A stretch of DNA of 64,000 nucleotides from Hemiscyllium ocellatum (Eukaryota), in contig NW_026867526.1 in assembly GCF_020745735.1 (NCBI RefSeq), forward strand, positions 62,001 through 126,000. The letters are read 5' to 3'. Both the position numbers and the translations under genes were made by a program. Shown here in pieces: positions 14,351-27,039 of the stretch (its first letter is position 1; every line of letters begins with the position of its first letter). The notes beneath the pieces were generated by a model. It had not been told where the DNA came from. It did no database searches and worked only from the letters and a program-made list of their open reading frames with translations.

Positions 14351-14539
14351 CCACGTGGATAGTACGTGACACTGACCTAGCCTTCATAGAGACTGCTCCT
14401 CGAATGAGCAGAACCCCTGACACATCTGTCAGTCAGATCTCTCTGATTAGCCGAGCTGAACAGCCTCAACCTGGAAAATTATATTCAATGAGGTTCACTT
14501 GCTGACTGCGTTCCAATCATCAATTCCGTCCACATCTAA

Positions 14540-17040
14540 TTCCTCTTTCTTGCACCATCTCTTGAGTCACTTTCCCACTCGGTCCACTTCCTCGGACTCC
14601 GCGCTGCAATCTGCCACCATGTGCTGGACTGTGGCCTTCCTCTTGCGTCTCAAAAAGAAATTATCTTCCTCTGCAGGTGGCAATGGTGCCACTGCTGCAA
14701 CATCTGCCATGTCCATCGCACCCTCAGAGGATTCTTCCACACTGGGTGAAGGACAGGTTTGGACAGCCTTGCTGAATGTTGTGAGGGGTTGGGTATGTTT
14801 TGCCCCTGACCATGTCCTGAGGTTGCAGCAATCATATGATCCTCACAATTGTTCAGGACCTCTTGTGTGACCTAAGCATTGTACATCTTGCGACCTGTCC
14901 TCACTTTGAACATATCCTTTACCTATTCGGGGCCATTCCCACAGTTTCAACAGCACATTTTGTCCCATGAAGTAAACAGCCTCACGCACAAAGAGGGGTT
15001 TTGTGGCCGGCATTGGCCTTCCTGATGGCGTTTCACTCTCCCCACAGCATCCAAAAAGATCACATTTACCTTGGAGTCTTCTTCGCATCAGCAAATCTGG
15101 TGGAGTTGTCACTGCAGTTGTGTGAGCGGTGTTTCTATAATCAACAGAAAGTGGGACAGTTTGGTATTCAGCGATGTTGTCAGCTGTTTTCTTAACTTTG
15201 TCCTCAATATTTGGACCGTTCTTTCCACCAGACAATCGGACAATGGATACAGCTGTCACTACATGCCCAATGTCATTCGATTTTAGCCAATACTCAAAAC
15301 TGCCTGCTGGCAAATGAATGCCCTTTACCTGTGCCCAACATCGTTACAAGTACAGATCCCACAAAACAGACTGACACAGTCAACGTGTAACTGAGCTAAG
15401 GTTCTACCTGGTCAGTGCCATGAAAATGAGGCACTGCTGGTGACAATTTCTGTCTTTCTTGGCATTGTGGATACTGCCCCACCAACATGGCTGCATCGGC
15501 ATCCAATTCTGGCTATCAGACATAACGTCTCACCACCATCTTCATTTTGGAAATCATAGGATGAGCCTGGTGGAGTTTAGCTGGTATCTGACAATGACCT
15601 TTGTTTGTGACAAACACGTTTGCTCCCCATATTAGTCTGCCATCTTCAATGGTCATCTGCTCTTGCCATCTCCAGAAAGAATTCCATCCTGCTTGTGATG
15701 ACCCTTTCGTTTTGAACACCACCTGTGATTTTTGCTCAGCAAGGATGGGAAATTCTTATATCTACAGTGTGACATTGTCAGAAATGACTAGAAGGGAAGC
15801 AGAAAGTTTAAAACTAAAATCGACTCTTCCTTTGGTGGAAAACGTCATGGTGACTTCAGGCATTAACCAGGTGACTGCAGGGATGGTGTTCCAATTTGTA
15901 AATCCATGCACTCACAATAAGAGCTCACTTCTGAACTTAACCTGAATCTGCAAGTGGGATAGCCTTGCCTTCTTCAGGAAGCTCTAGCAGGGTTTTGTGG
16001 TCCATTACTACATTAAAAATTTGTGTAGAAACTTTTGATTGAACTTGGTCACACAAAAGCTTACTGCCAAACATTCCATCTCCATCTGGACGCATTTTCA
16101 TTCGGCATCAGCTGAGAAGCACATACAGTGAGGCGGTTGTATTTGTTGGTGAGTCAGCAGTAACCATACACCAGATGGTGAGGCTTCCCATGTCAGTGCC
16201 ACATCTCACTGGAGATCACTCTGTGCCAAGACATTAAACAATGATAGCTACTTTTTCAATACCAATAAGAGTTCTTCTTGGGGACACGAGTATTTGCAAA
16301 GCTGGCCCTTTCTGAATATCACATCCTAGCTGCCAAAATGGAGGCCTGTTGATGACAGAATATTCCATAATAATTCACCAACCCAAGGAAAGACTGAATC
16401 TGCGATGCAGACATGGGAGCCAGTGAACCCTTGGTTGCACTTGCTTTCCCTTTCAATGTGTGTAACCCACACGTCCATGCTGAAGCTCAAGAAGGTCACT
16501 TGGGGGTGCCTTGGAACATATTTCTTTCCTTCCTAAGTTCTTGTTCAAACATTAAATAATATTTATTGATCTTCCTAGTGATGAGCAAACTTTCAGATAG
16601 ATAGGGACCATGGGTAGACCTTGTAACTGATCTCCGCCATTCACTCGAACGATTTACCGGCTGATGATATCCCCAAAGAAAGGCAGTCAAGTACAGTGGT
16701 TCCACCCTTTATAGGTATTGATTGTAGCATATTTGTGGGAATCCTTACTGAAGCTCAATGCCACGTTCATCTGGCCCATATCCAGTTTGGTCAAGGACAG
16801 GGCACCTGCAGTTTTGCAGACAAGTCCTCAATGTGATGGATTGGTGATATACCGGGCTTCAAAAATTAGCCCATCAATTCTTTAAATCTCCACGCAGGCG
16901 AACTGACACATAATGGATTCGAGTAGCACTGTACATAGGGCACACTGTAGTGGTTTGGTCATCGCTTAGCTTTCTAGGCTATTGATTTGTGCCTCTACTT
17001 TTGCACATAAGGGAAATGGGACTGATACTCTGGGCCTGTT
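14540..17040 (-). mobile_element. Ty3/gypsy pol remnant; 15250 onward is a near-identical copy of 11043 onward
   Basis: Identical translated ORFs occur at a constant offset of 4207 bp (11309/15516, 12289/16496, 12775/16982). Confidence 0.85.
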
Positions 17041-19340
17041 GTGCAAAATAGCCTACTTCCGCACTGTAGAGGTTCTGTCAACTCCTAGGACTCTCTGTTT
17101 GTCATCACTCCACGGGCCCTTCCAAAAGTGGTCTTGCCCTGTTACTCTTACCAAAATGCAACATTTTGCAAGTATCTCTCCCGGCCAATCCTAACAAACC
17201 ATGCATCCTAAATTCTCATTCAAATCCTTTACATATATGACAAATGGCATGGACACATCACCAATTGCTATATTCATCATGATCCTCCAGTCTGAAAAAC
17301 AACACCAGACAGATACTGCCCGAACAGGCATCACACCAGGACATACACTCTACTCTCCCAAAACATAAGCAAACTCCGCTTTCACTTTGTAAAACAAAAA
17401 AGACTGTTTTTGTCTCTCTATTCTGTTCCTCCAGAGAAAGACAGAAGGAAATAAACAATCAAACATTGCCTCTCCTGGATTCAGTGCCCAACAACCACTC
17501 GTGGGCATGGGCCACACGGCGCCAAAATAAAAATAAACTCAAGGAAGAAAAAGAAAACAAACAACAAATGAACAGCTCAGATGCGGTGCCATCTCGACAC
17601 AAAGTCTTAATTTGCTCTCTTTCATGGATCATGTCTGACCCACTGTGATCTCCAGAATTTGTTCCTTTCTACTAGGTAAATCAATTCGCTCTGCTCTGTC
17701 ATGATTGAACACTCCTGGAAAGAAACAACAATGGTTTGAAATCCAGAGAAAGTACACATGCTCATTTCAACTGAAAATAATTTATCACTCACACTGAACC
17801 CCATCAAGTGTTTTTGGGACAACAACAGTGCAGGACTAAAACAAAAGCCCCCTTGGAGTAAATGTGGGCAGCTTGTCGGTGGAGTGGTCCTGCAGCAACT
17901 TAGGTTCAGGAGTGTTGTGGTGATGACACAGCCCTGCTCGCCACCAGTTCAAAGGGGCAAAGGGCAGGTGTTGAAGCCATGTCATGATGATGACATCTGT
18001 CATTGTGGACCAGGAGAAGGTTGGTGACAAAGTTCATGCTGTAACTAAAATGGTGAAGAACACTTCAAAAATGCTTCCTGATTGATGGTGTCAAACGCCT
18101 TTGTAAGGTCGAAGAATGCGATATGCAGCAGTGAAAATCATGTCCATTGTGCTCCTCTGTGACAGAAAGCGATACTGAGTCTCCGGGAGGAGTTCCTCAG
18201 GCACTGGGATGAGAGAGTTGAACATGAGAGTTATATTTACTGAGGTTCACTGGGTGACTACGTTCCAATCACTACCTCCATCCTCCTCTAAGCCCTGGGA
18301 CATGGGCCCATTCTCTTTCCTGTCACTTTCCTGAGTCATCTTCCCACTCGGTCCACTTCCTCAGACTCTGGCTTGACCAATGGTGCCATGTGGCCCACTT
18401 CTTGCGTCTCAGAAAAGATTTATCTTCTTCTGCTGGTGGGTGAAGGTGTCAAGGCCGAGACATCTGCCATCTGTCCATCTCGCCCTCAGAAGTTTCTTCC
18501 ACACTGGGCAGACTGGGAGAACCCACAGGTTCGGACAGCCCGTGCCAGATGTTCTGAGGGGCTGGGTATGCTTTCTTGACAGGCCTACCAACCTGGATGG
18601 GAAATTTCAGGGATCAATGTTCATGGCCACCAAGATATTCTGCCAACCCCTAGGTCTCTCTGTTCGACAACACTCCACACGCCCTACTATGAACTGTGAA
18701 AGTCTTGTCCTGTCCCTTTAACCAAAGTGCAACATATTGCATTTATTAAAATTAAACTTGACCTGCCATTTCTCACAAACCATGCATCCTATATTCTCAT
18801 TGAAATCTTTTACATAAATGAAAAATGGCATTGGACCCGCATCCATTCCTGTATTCACCACAGGCCTCCAGCCTGAAAAACATCCCTCACTGCCTGCAAC
18901 AGACGTTCCCAGATCAGGCACCACATTGCGGCATACACACTGCTTTTAAAACAGAAACTAAACCTGCTTTCAATTTCTAAAATAAAACAAAACATACTAT
19001 TCCTCTGGGCAAAGTCAGAAGGAAATAAACAATCTCAAACTGGCTCTCCCTGGCCTCAGTCCCCACCAAGCACTCGTGGGCAGGGGCCACAAGGGGCCAA
19101 TATAAAACTAACCTCAAGCAAATCACAGAAAGCAAACAATAAATGAACAGCTCTGATGAGGAGACATCTCGACACTAAAACTTAGCTTGCTCTCTCTCAT
19201 GGATGCTGTCTGACCCACTGTGATCTCCAGCATTTGCTCTTTTCAATGAAATAAAAAATGCTCTCTGCTTTGTTGCTATGGAACACTCCTGGGAAAGGAA
19301 CAATACTTGTTAAAACCCAGAGGTCCTGCAACTGCTCACA

Positions 19341-19642
19341 GACTAGATTACTTACAGTGTAGAAATAGGCACTTCGGCCCAACAAGCCCACACCGACCCT
19401 CCAAAGAGCAACCCGCCCATAACCATTCCTCGACATTTACCTCCTCAACAAATACGACTGGCAATTTAGAATGGCCACTTCACCTAACCTGCACATTTTT
19501 GGTCTGTGGGAGGAAACTGGAACACACAGAGGAAACCCATGCAGGGAGAATGTGCAAACTCCACACAGACAGTTGCCTGAGGCAGGAATAGAACCCAGGT
19601 CTCTGGCGCTGTGAGGCAGCATTGCTAACCACTGTGCCGCCC
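19341..19642 (-). mobile_element. tRNA-derived V-SINE, HE1-like elasmobranch SINE
   Basis: The minus strand reads gggcggcacagtggttagcaatgctgcctcacagcgccagagacctgggttctattcc (pol III A/B boxes), followed by the V-domain core tgtgtggagtttgcacattctcc and a CR1-type tail. Confidence 0.85.
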
Positions 19643-19739
19643 ACTTCAAAGAAAAGTATCTAAACCCTCATACTGAAGTCCAACAAGAGCTTCTGGGACA
19701 GCGAAAATGCAGGACGACAATAAAAACCATCTGGGCTCA

Positions 19740-20400
19740 AACTGGGCAGATTGTCGGCAATGACACCCTGCAGCGAGGTCGATTCAGGACAGTGTTGAGT
19801 TGATGACACAGCCCTGCTCAACTGGGTAGGTGTTGGAGCCGTTTGTCATTACGATTACATGCATCCATTTGCGGAAGTGTCGAAGGATGGTTACAAACTT
19901 CAAGCTGCAACTAAGTGGAGAAGAATGTTCCACAAATGCTTCCCAACTGATGGTGTCAAAGGCCTTTATTAGGTTCAAGAGGGACATATACAGCAGTGAA
20001 AACCATGTCCATTGTGCTCGATTATGGTTGACTGACGCTGAGACTCTGGGAGGAGTTCCTCAGCCACAGGGAAGAGACAGTTGGTGATGAGTTTCCAGTG
20101 GTCAGCATCAGGGATGTTCCCCTGTGGTTACAACAGTCTGACATGTTGCCATTTTTGAAAGCACTAATGACATTGTCACCTGGGAGCTCTCCTGGGGTGC
20201 CCTCCTCCTTCCAGATCATTCAGGCAAGGGAATTCAACTGCATTGGGAGCTCAATACCTCACACATCAATGCCTCACGGGAAGGGCCATTTGCAGCTGTC
20301 GTCTTCTTCATCTGGTGGATGGCCATCTCTGTTCCATCCAAGACATGGTAAAGCTGAGCTCCTTGCGTGTAATATGCTGGGCGAAGCAAGTCAACAATGT
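19740..20400 (-). mobile_element. RTE-clade LINE fragment (array component)
   Basis: SLLNLIKAFDTISWEA...VEQGCVINSTL (ORF 19784-19987) and IWKEEGTPGELPGD (ORF 20022-20219). Confidence 0.75.
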
Positions 20401-20599
20401 TCACATGCACACTGCGTGATACTTCAGCGAGACTTTACAGAGCTGGAAACTCGAGTGAGCAGAACTCCTAATACATCTGTCTGCCTGGACTGCCCTGATT
20501 GGGGCAGTTAACCTGTTCCAGTCTGGGAAATCATATTCAGTGAGGTCCACCTCACTGACCTCATTTCAATCACTACCTTTCTCCCCATCACAGTCCTGA

Positions 20600-23210
20600 G
20601 AAAAAGGCCCATTCTGTTTGATGTTGCCTCTCCTGGGGCATCCTTACACCAGATTTGGTTCCACGGAGTCTGGCGCAGATACTGCTGGCATGTACGGTAC
20701 TGCGGCCTACCTCTTACCCATTGAGCATCTCAGCAGGAATTCATCTTTTTCTGCTGGTGGTAATGGCATCAAGGCTGCGACATCTGCCATGTCCATCTTG
20801 CCCTCAGAGGTTTCTTGGACACAGGGAGGACAGGGAGAACCCACAGTTTCTGGCAGCCTGTTGGATGTTTCGAGTGGCTGGGTATGTTTTCTTCCTGCCC
20901 CACTTTTGATGTTGTAGCTATCAGTTGACACAAATACTGATTCAGGATTACCTCTCTGCCTTGAGAAGTGTACATCATTCGACCATGCCTCTTACGCATG
21001 CATGGTAATTCCAATTGTTGTAACAGCAAATTGTGTCTCCTGGACTAAATTGCCTCTCTCGTATAGAAATGTCTTCCGGCCAGCATTGGTGTTCATGACA
21101 CCTTTTCACACACTCCACAAGGTGGAAGAACATCAGATTTAATCTGGAGTGGAGTCTTCTCTGCAATACCAGTGCTTCTGTTCCGGTATTTGTGTGAGTG
21201 CTGGTTCTATAATCAATCACAAATTGGGACACTTGTGAATTGACTAAAGTTGCAGGCTGTATCTTTAAACTTTCCTTCAATGTTTGAACTGCTCTTTCCC
21301 CCAGACTATCAGACAACAGATGCAGCTGTCCTTACATGCTGAATATCATTCCACTTTAGGAAAGACACAAGACTCCCTCCTGCTAAATGATGGCCTGCTA
21401 GCTTGGACCAGCATGTCCAGTTTCTGTGTACTGTAAAAGATCCTCACAACTTTTCAATTGTCATCTCCAGATTTGACAAATGCACGACATGCACATCCAA
21501 CCACATTGTGTGTACACAATGATTAAATGGATAACCACCATGAAAGCACTGGCACAGTTGACATGCAAATGAGTCCAGGTGTTACCTGACCAATTCTATG
21601 GATGTGGTGCAGCTGCTGGTGGCAATCTTTGTCTTTGTTGGTACTCTAGCCATTGACCCACAAACATGGCTGCATCGGCATCTGATCCCGGCCACCAGAC
21701 AAAACATCTTGTCAACACCTTCATTTTGGAAATCACAGGATGACCCTGGTGGAGTTCAGCCAGTATCTGACAGTGACCTTTGCTTGGGACAAACACACTT
21801 GCTCCCCGTATTACTATGCCATTCTCAATGGACATCTAGTCTCACCAAGTCCAGAAAGGATTTAATTCTGGTTGTGATGCCCCTTTCATTTCCAACACCA
21901 CCAGCTGTTTGTGATTCACCAGGAAGGGATCTTTTTGTACCCACAGTCTGATATGGTCAGAGATGATGGGAAGCATGCCCACAATGTTTAAAAACAGAAC
22001 AGACTTTTTCACTGCTGGCACCCACCATCGTGTATCCACCAGAGGGAGTAGGCTTCACACAACTGCATTTAACACATGATTGCTCACTCAGGTTTCTGAG
22101 GGTTTATGCACTCAGCATGACAGCTCACTGAATCTGACCTGAAGCTTGAGGTGTGACGGCCCTGACATCATCAGGTCTCCCTGGCAGCAGTTTGTGGTCC
22201 ATTTATGTTTCAAATTGATGTACTCAAAGGTATTGGTGGAACTTTCTCACACAAAGGATTACCACCAAACCTTCCTTCTCTATCTGGACATGTCTTCATT
22301 TGACATTAGTCAAAGTTTGAGAAACATATACCATGTCTGCCAAGACATCAGTGAGCCAGCAGTCACCTCAAACTGTATTGGGAGGCATCACATGACAGCA
22401 CTACAACTCACTGGGGACTATTGTGTGCCAACACCATCTACAATACCTGCTTTTTCACTTCCCTAAAGATTACTTCTGGGCGATGATATCATTTGCAATG
22501 CTGATCATTTCTGAATAGCAAATCCAAGCTGCCAAGATGGAAGCCAGGCCATTACAGAAGCATCCATGATATTTCACCAAACCAAGGTAAGATCGAAGCT
22601 CTGCTGGATACCAGGGCACCCTTGATTGACCTCACTTAATTTTCCAATGTGTTTAACCTGGTCTTGATAATGCTATAGCTCAAGGAGGTCACTTGGGATG
22701 CCTTGGAATACACATTTTTCCTCCTAAGACCCTGGTGAACCATTTAATTGCTGTGCACAATCTCTCAAAATCCTCTTCCCAGTTATTCGTACATCATTGA
22801 TGACGACCGTATCCTGGAATACACTTTGTGAAATGTTCTCCATTGTTCACTGGACAATTTCACAGGCTGATGATATCCCAACACAAAAAGCAGTATTGGA
22901 TATTGGTAATTGTAGCATATTTATGGGAATCTTCATCAAATCACAATGGCAGTTTCACATGGCTCATATCCAGCTTCATGAAGTACAAAGCCAATAAAGC
23001 TTTGCATTTAAGTCCTCAATGTGATGGATCGGTTATTTATCTGGCTGCAAAATACAGATCACTGTATCATCACTGTTTCATCAAAATCTCCACAAAGGCA
23101 AACTGACCCACAATGGCGATGACCATGACAGTGGATACAGTAAATATAATGGTTTTATTATTGTTTCACTTTCCAGCCTCATGAATGCTGCCTCTACATT
23201 TGCACGCACA
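20600..23210 (-). mobile_element. Ty3/gypsy pol remnant, most diverged copy
   Basis: SDSLGERAVQTLKESLK...YRTSTHTNTG (ORF 20975-21316), ILAELHQGHPVISKMKVLTRCFVWWPGSDAD (ORF 21596-21835), and VEAAFMRLESETIIKP (ORF 23081-23302). Confidence 0.85.
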
Positions 23211-24589
23211 TCATGTGGTACTGGTTGTGTGGACTCAACAGGCCAAATGGCCGGCTTCCGCATTATAGAGGTTCTATCAAACCTTAGGTTGCTCTTCGGC
23301 AATTCTCCAGATGCCTTACCATTAACTGTGAAAGTCTTGCCTTGTCCAGCTAAGCAAAATGGAACATCTCACATTTATTAAAACTAAACTCCATCTGGCC
23401 CACTTGATCAGGATACATTTGGAATCTTTGATCACCTACTTCACTGTCCACTATACGGCAAACTTGGTGACATCTGCAAAATCACTAAACACAGAGTTAC
23501 AGAGATGTATTACATGGAAACAGGCTCTTCAGCCCAACTCAATATGCCAACCACATATTCTAAATGTATCCAGTCCCACTTGCCAGCACTTGGCTCATAT
23601 CCATCAAAACTCTTGCTGTTCGTATTTCCATCCTGATGCCTTTTAAATATTGCAGTTGTACCAGCCTCCACCACATCCTCTGGCAGCTTGTTTCATACGT
23701 GCAACCATGTTTCCTATATTCTCAATGCTAATCCATTTACAAAAATGACAAATGGCAATGGACCCAGTGCCAGTTCTCTTATTCATCACAGGTCTCCAGT
23801 TTGATCAACAATCCTCCACTCTTCTAAAACCAAAGATGTAAAAGGAAAGAAACCAAGAACACCTGATATTTCCTGCATCAGATAATCCCAAGACAGGCAC
23901 AGCACCGGGTGAAACACTCTGCTCTTTCAAGACTAGGTGGGGCCCAATGTTGGAGTGGGGTCAACAAAGCTAAAAATCGCTCAACACATTATCATCCACC
24001 ATGTTCATTTGGAAGAACTACCAGCAGCGTTCCAAAAAAATAGAATTTCCAAACAAACATTTGGATGAACCTGGTGATTTTTTTAAACTCTGCTACTTCA
24101 AAACAAGAATTAAAGCAACTATCAGTGTGTCAACCAAAAATGAAGACACAATGACTCTAGGGAACGGCAAAAACAAACACACACACAAAAATTGGCTCAC
24201 TGTTGACAATGTCTGCAACAACCAGTTTTAGGCAGTGGCCAAACGGGGGCCAAAATAAAAATAAACTCAAGCAAATATAAGAAAACAAACGATAAATGAA
24301 CAGCTCTGATGAGGAGTCAGCTAGACTCAAAGTCTTAGCTTGCTCTCTCTCTCATGGATGCTGTCTGACCTGTTGCAACCTCCAGCATTTATTCTTTTCA
24401 ACTGAATAAATGAGTCCTCTCTGCGCTGTCATGATTGAACACTCCATGGAAAGGAACACTGATGCATAAAATCGAGAGGAAGTACAGCTGTACATAACTT
24501 ACAGCTCACACTGATCCCCATCAAGAGCTTCTGGGACAGCGACAATGTAGGACTACAATTAAACTCCCCTTGGGTCAACAGTTGTCAGC

Positions 24590-25050
24590 TTGTCGGCATT
24601 GAGATCCTGCAGCAATAGTTTCAGAACAGTGTTCAGGTGATGACTTGGCCCTGTTCGACACTGGTTCAGAGGGGGAAATGGGCAGGTGGTGACCCTGTTT
24701 GCCATTATAATGATTTACACTTTGTTGTGGTTCAGACCAAAGACCGCAACTAAATTGGAGAAGAACACTTCACAAATGCTTCTCAATTAATTGTGTCAAA
24801 GGGCTTTGTAAGCTCCATGAGGGTCCAAGACAGCAGTGAAAAACATGTCCATTGTAACTTTCTGGGGCCAAAGCCACACTGAGACTCCAGAGAGGAGTTC
24901 CTCAAACGCAGGGAGGAGCCACTTGAAAAGGACCTTGGCGATGAGTTTTTCCAATGGTCGACATCAGGGATTTTACCTTGCAGTTACCACAATTTGACAT
25001 GTTCACTTTGTTGACAAAGCTAATAACTTTGGCATTTGCGACCGACCCCC
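24590..25050 (-). mobile_element. RTE-clade LINE fragment (array component)
   Basis: NMSNCGNCKVKSLMSTIGK (ORF 24902-25090); collinear with the other copies. Confidence 0.65.
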
Positions 25051-25067
25051 CTCCCCCGCCACCCACC

Positions 25068-25193
25068 CCCGATGAAGGGCTTATGCCCAAAACGTTGAAT
25101 TTCCTGTTCCTTGGACGCTGCCTGACCTGCTGCGCTTTTCCACTAACACATTTTCAGCTCTGATCCCCAGCATCTGCAGACCTCATTTTTTTC
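25068..25193 (+). mobile_element. Short Penelope-derived (pseudo-LTR) element with a degenerate hammerhead core
   Basis: gatgaagggcttatgcccaaaacgttga...ggacgctgcctgacctgctgcgcttttcc...ccagcatctgcag; GAAA is mutated to AAAA. Confidence 0.7.
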
Positions 25194-25494
25194 TCAGACT
25201 CTAGCTTGGTTACTGTCGCCACGTGCTGGACTGTCAACCACCATTTGCATCTCAGCAGAAATGTGTCTTCTTCTGAGGTTGGTAATGACATCAAGGCTGC
25301 CACATTTGCCCTCAAATCTTCTACACTGGCAGGATGAGGAGAACCCACAGGCAAGAACATCCTTGCCACATGTTCTGAGGAGCTGGTTATGCCGTGCTCT
25401 TGGCCACTTGCGGGTTACAGCTATCATGAGATCCTCACATTTGTTCAGGACCGCCTCTCCAACATCATGGGACCTGCCCTTAACTTCGACCATG

Positions 25495-25724
25495 AGCTGA
25501 AAAATGTGTTGCTGGAAAAGCGCAGCAGGTCAGGCAGCATCCAAGAAGCAGGAGAATTGACGTTTCGGGCATAAGCCCTTCTTCATTACTGATTCCTGAA
25601 GAAGGATTATGTCCGAAACGTCAATTCTCCTGCTCCTTGGATGCTGCCTGACCTGCTGCGCTTTTCCAGCAACACATTTTTCAGCTCTGATCTCCAGCAT
25701 CTGCAGTCCTCACTTTCTCCTTTT
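25495..25724 (+). mobile_element. 230-bp Penelope-derived mini-element with an inverted 5' copy and a 12-bp target-site duplication
   Basis: ACTTCGACCATG occurs at 25483-25494 and 25725-25736. The arms 25495-25585 and 25597-25686 are about 95% reverse-complementary. Confidence 0.85.
25591..25627 (+). ncRNA. Minimal type I hammerhead ribozyme motif (Penelope type)
   Basis: CUGAAGA 25596-25602, stem II GGA(U)/(G)UCC, GAAA 25615-25618, then C-GUC cleavage triplet with an ACGU palindrome; stem I is imperfect. Confidence 0.6.
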
Positions 25725-27039
25725 ACTTCGACCATGCCCCTTCCCCATGCATGCCATTCCAATGGTTTAAACAGCACATTTTGTCCAATGTAGTAAACTG
25801 CCTCACGCGCAAAGAGGGGTTTTGTGGCCGGCATTGAATTTCCTGATGCAGTTGAACATTCACATTCATATTCACATTCCAATCCATTACCGAAATGAAA
25901 AATGGCATTACACCCAGCATCAATCCCTGCATTTGTCACAGTCCTCCAGTCTGCAAAACAACCCTCCATTCTTTTCAAACCAAAGATGCAAATGAAAAAA
26001 TAAAACCAAGATCCCCTGATACTGCCTGCGTCAGACATTCCTGGAACAGACACATCACCAGGAAAAATGGTGTGCTCATTCAAAACAGAAATTAAACTGC
26101 TTTCACTTTGTTTATTTCTTTCTGGCTTTCCACAGAGCAATAGTGCCTTTTTTGTTTAACAAGCAAAAATTGGCTTCCCCTGCCCCACCAACCACTTGTG
26201 GGCAGGGGCTACAGGGGGCCAAAATAAAAATATACTCAAGCAAATTAAACAACACATGAACAGCTCTTATGAGGAGTCATTTGGTCTTGGAATACTAGCT
26301 ACCCTCTCTCGTGGATGTTCTCTGACCTGCTGTGATCTCCAGCATTTGTTCTTTTCAACCAAATAAAAAACTAAACAATTAAACGTTCTGCTCTGTCGTA
26401 AATTGAAAACTCCTGGGAAATGAAGAATAACGGTTTAAAATTCAGAGAAAGTACACCTGCACATTTCAACTAAAAATAAGATATCACTCACACTGATCCC
26501 CACTAAGAGCATCTGGGACAGCAATGGTTCAGAACCACAACTAAAGCCCCCTTGGATCAAACATGGGCAGCTTGTCGGAAGTGAAGTTGTGCAGCGAGGT
26601 AGATTCAGAAGTGTTGCGGTGATGACATACCCTGCTCGACATCGGTTCAGAGGGCGAGTGGGTAGGTGTTGAAGCTGTTTGTCATTTTGATGAATTATAC
26701 GTCATTGTGGAGCAGGTGAAGGATGGTGACAAACATCATGGTGCAACGAAAGCAACGAAGAACGCTCCAGAAATGCTTCCCGATTGATGATGTTAAAGGC
26801 CTTTTTAAAGATCCCAGAAGGCCATATACTGCAGTGAAAATCATATTCAATGGATCACTCTCTGGCCGAAAACCGCATTGGGATCCTGGGGGGGCTCAGC
26901 CGAGGGGAGGGGAGGTGAGGGGAGGGCGATGCGATACGTGACGTGACGTGACGCGATGTGCAGAGACGCGAGGCGAGGCGATGCGATGGCATAGTCAAAA
27001 TATAACTGAATCCAGGTTATATCTGGCCAGTCAATTCTT

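Noticed and set aside
19585-19642. tRNA gene
   Set aside because: This is the tRNA-derived head of an HE1-like SINE, continuous with the V-domain and tail; it has no complete cloverleaf.
1925-26320. Currently active retrozyme array
   Set aside because: The essential GAAA box is mutated in all nine array hammerhead remnants, so it is reported only as vestigial.
26901-26990. Pentamer repeat as an Ig switch region
   Set aside because: It is too short, lacks AGCT/GAGCT repeats, lies downstream of the C exons, and sharks are not known to use mammalian-type S regions.
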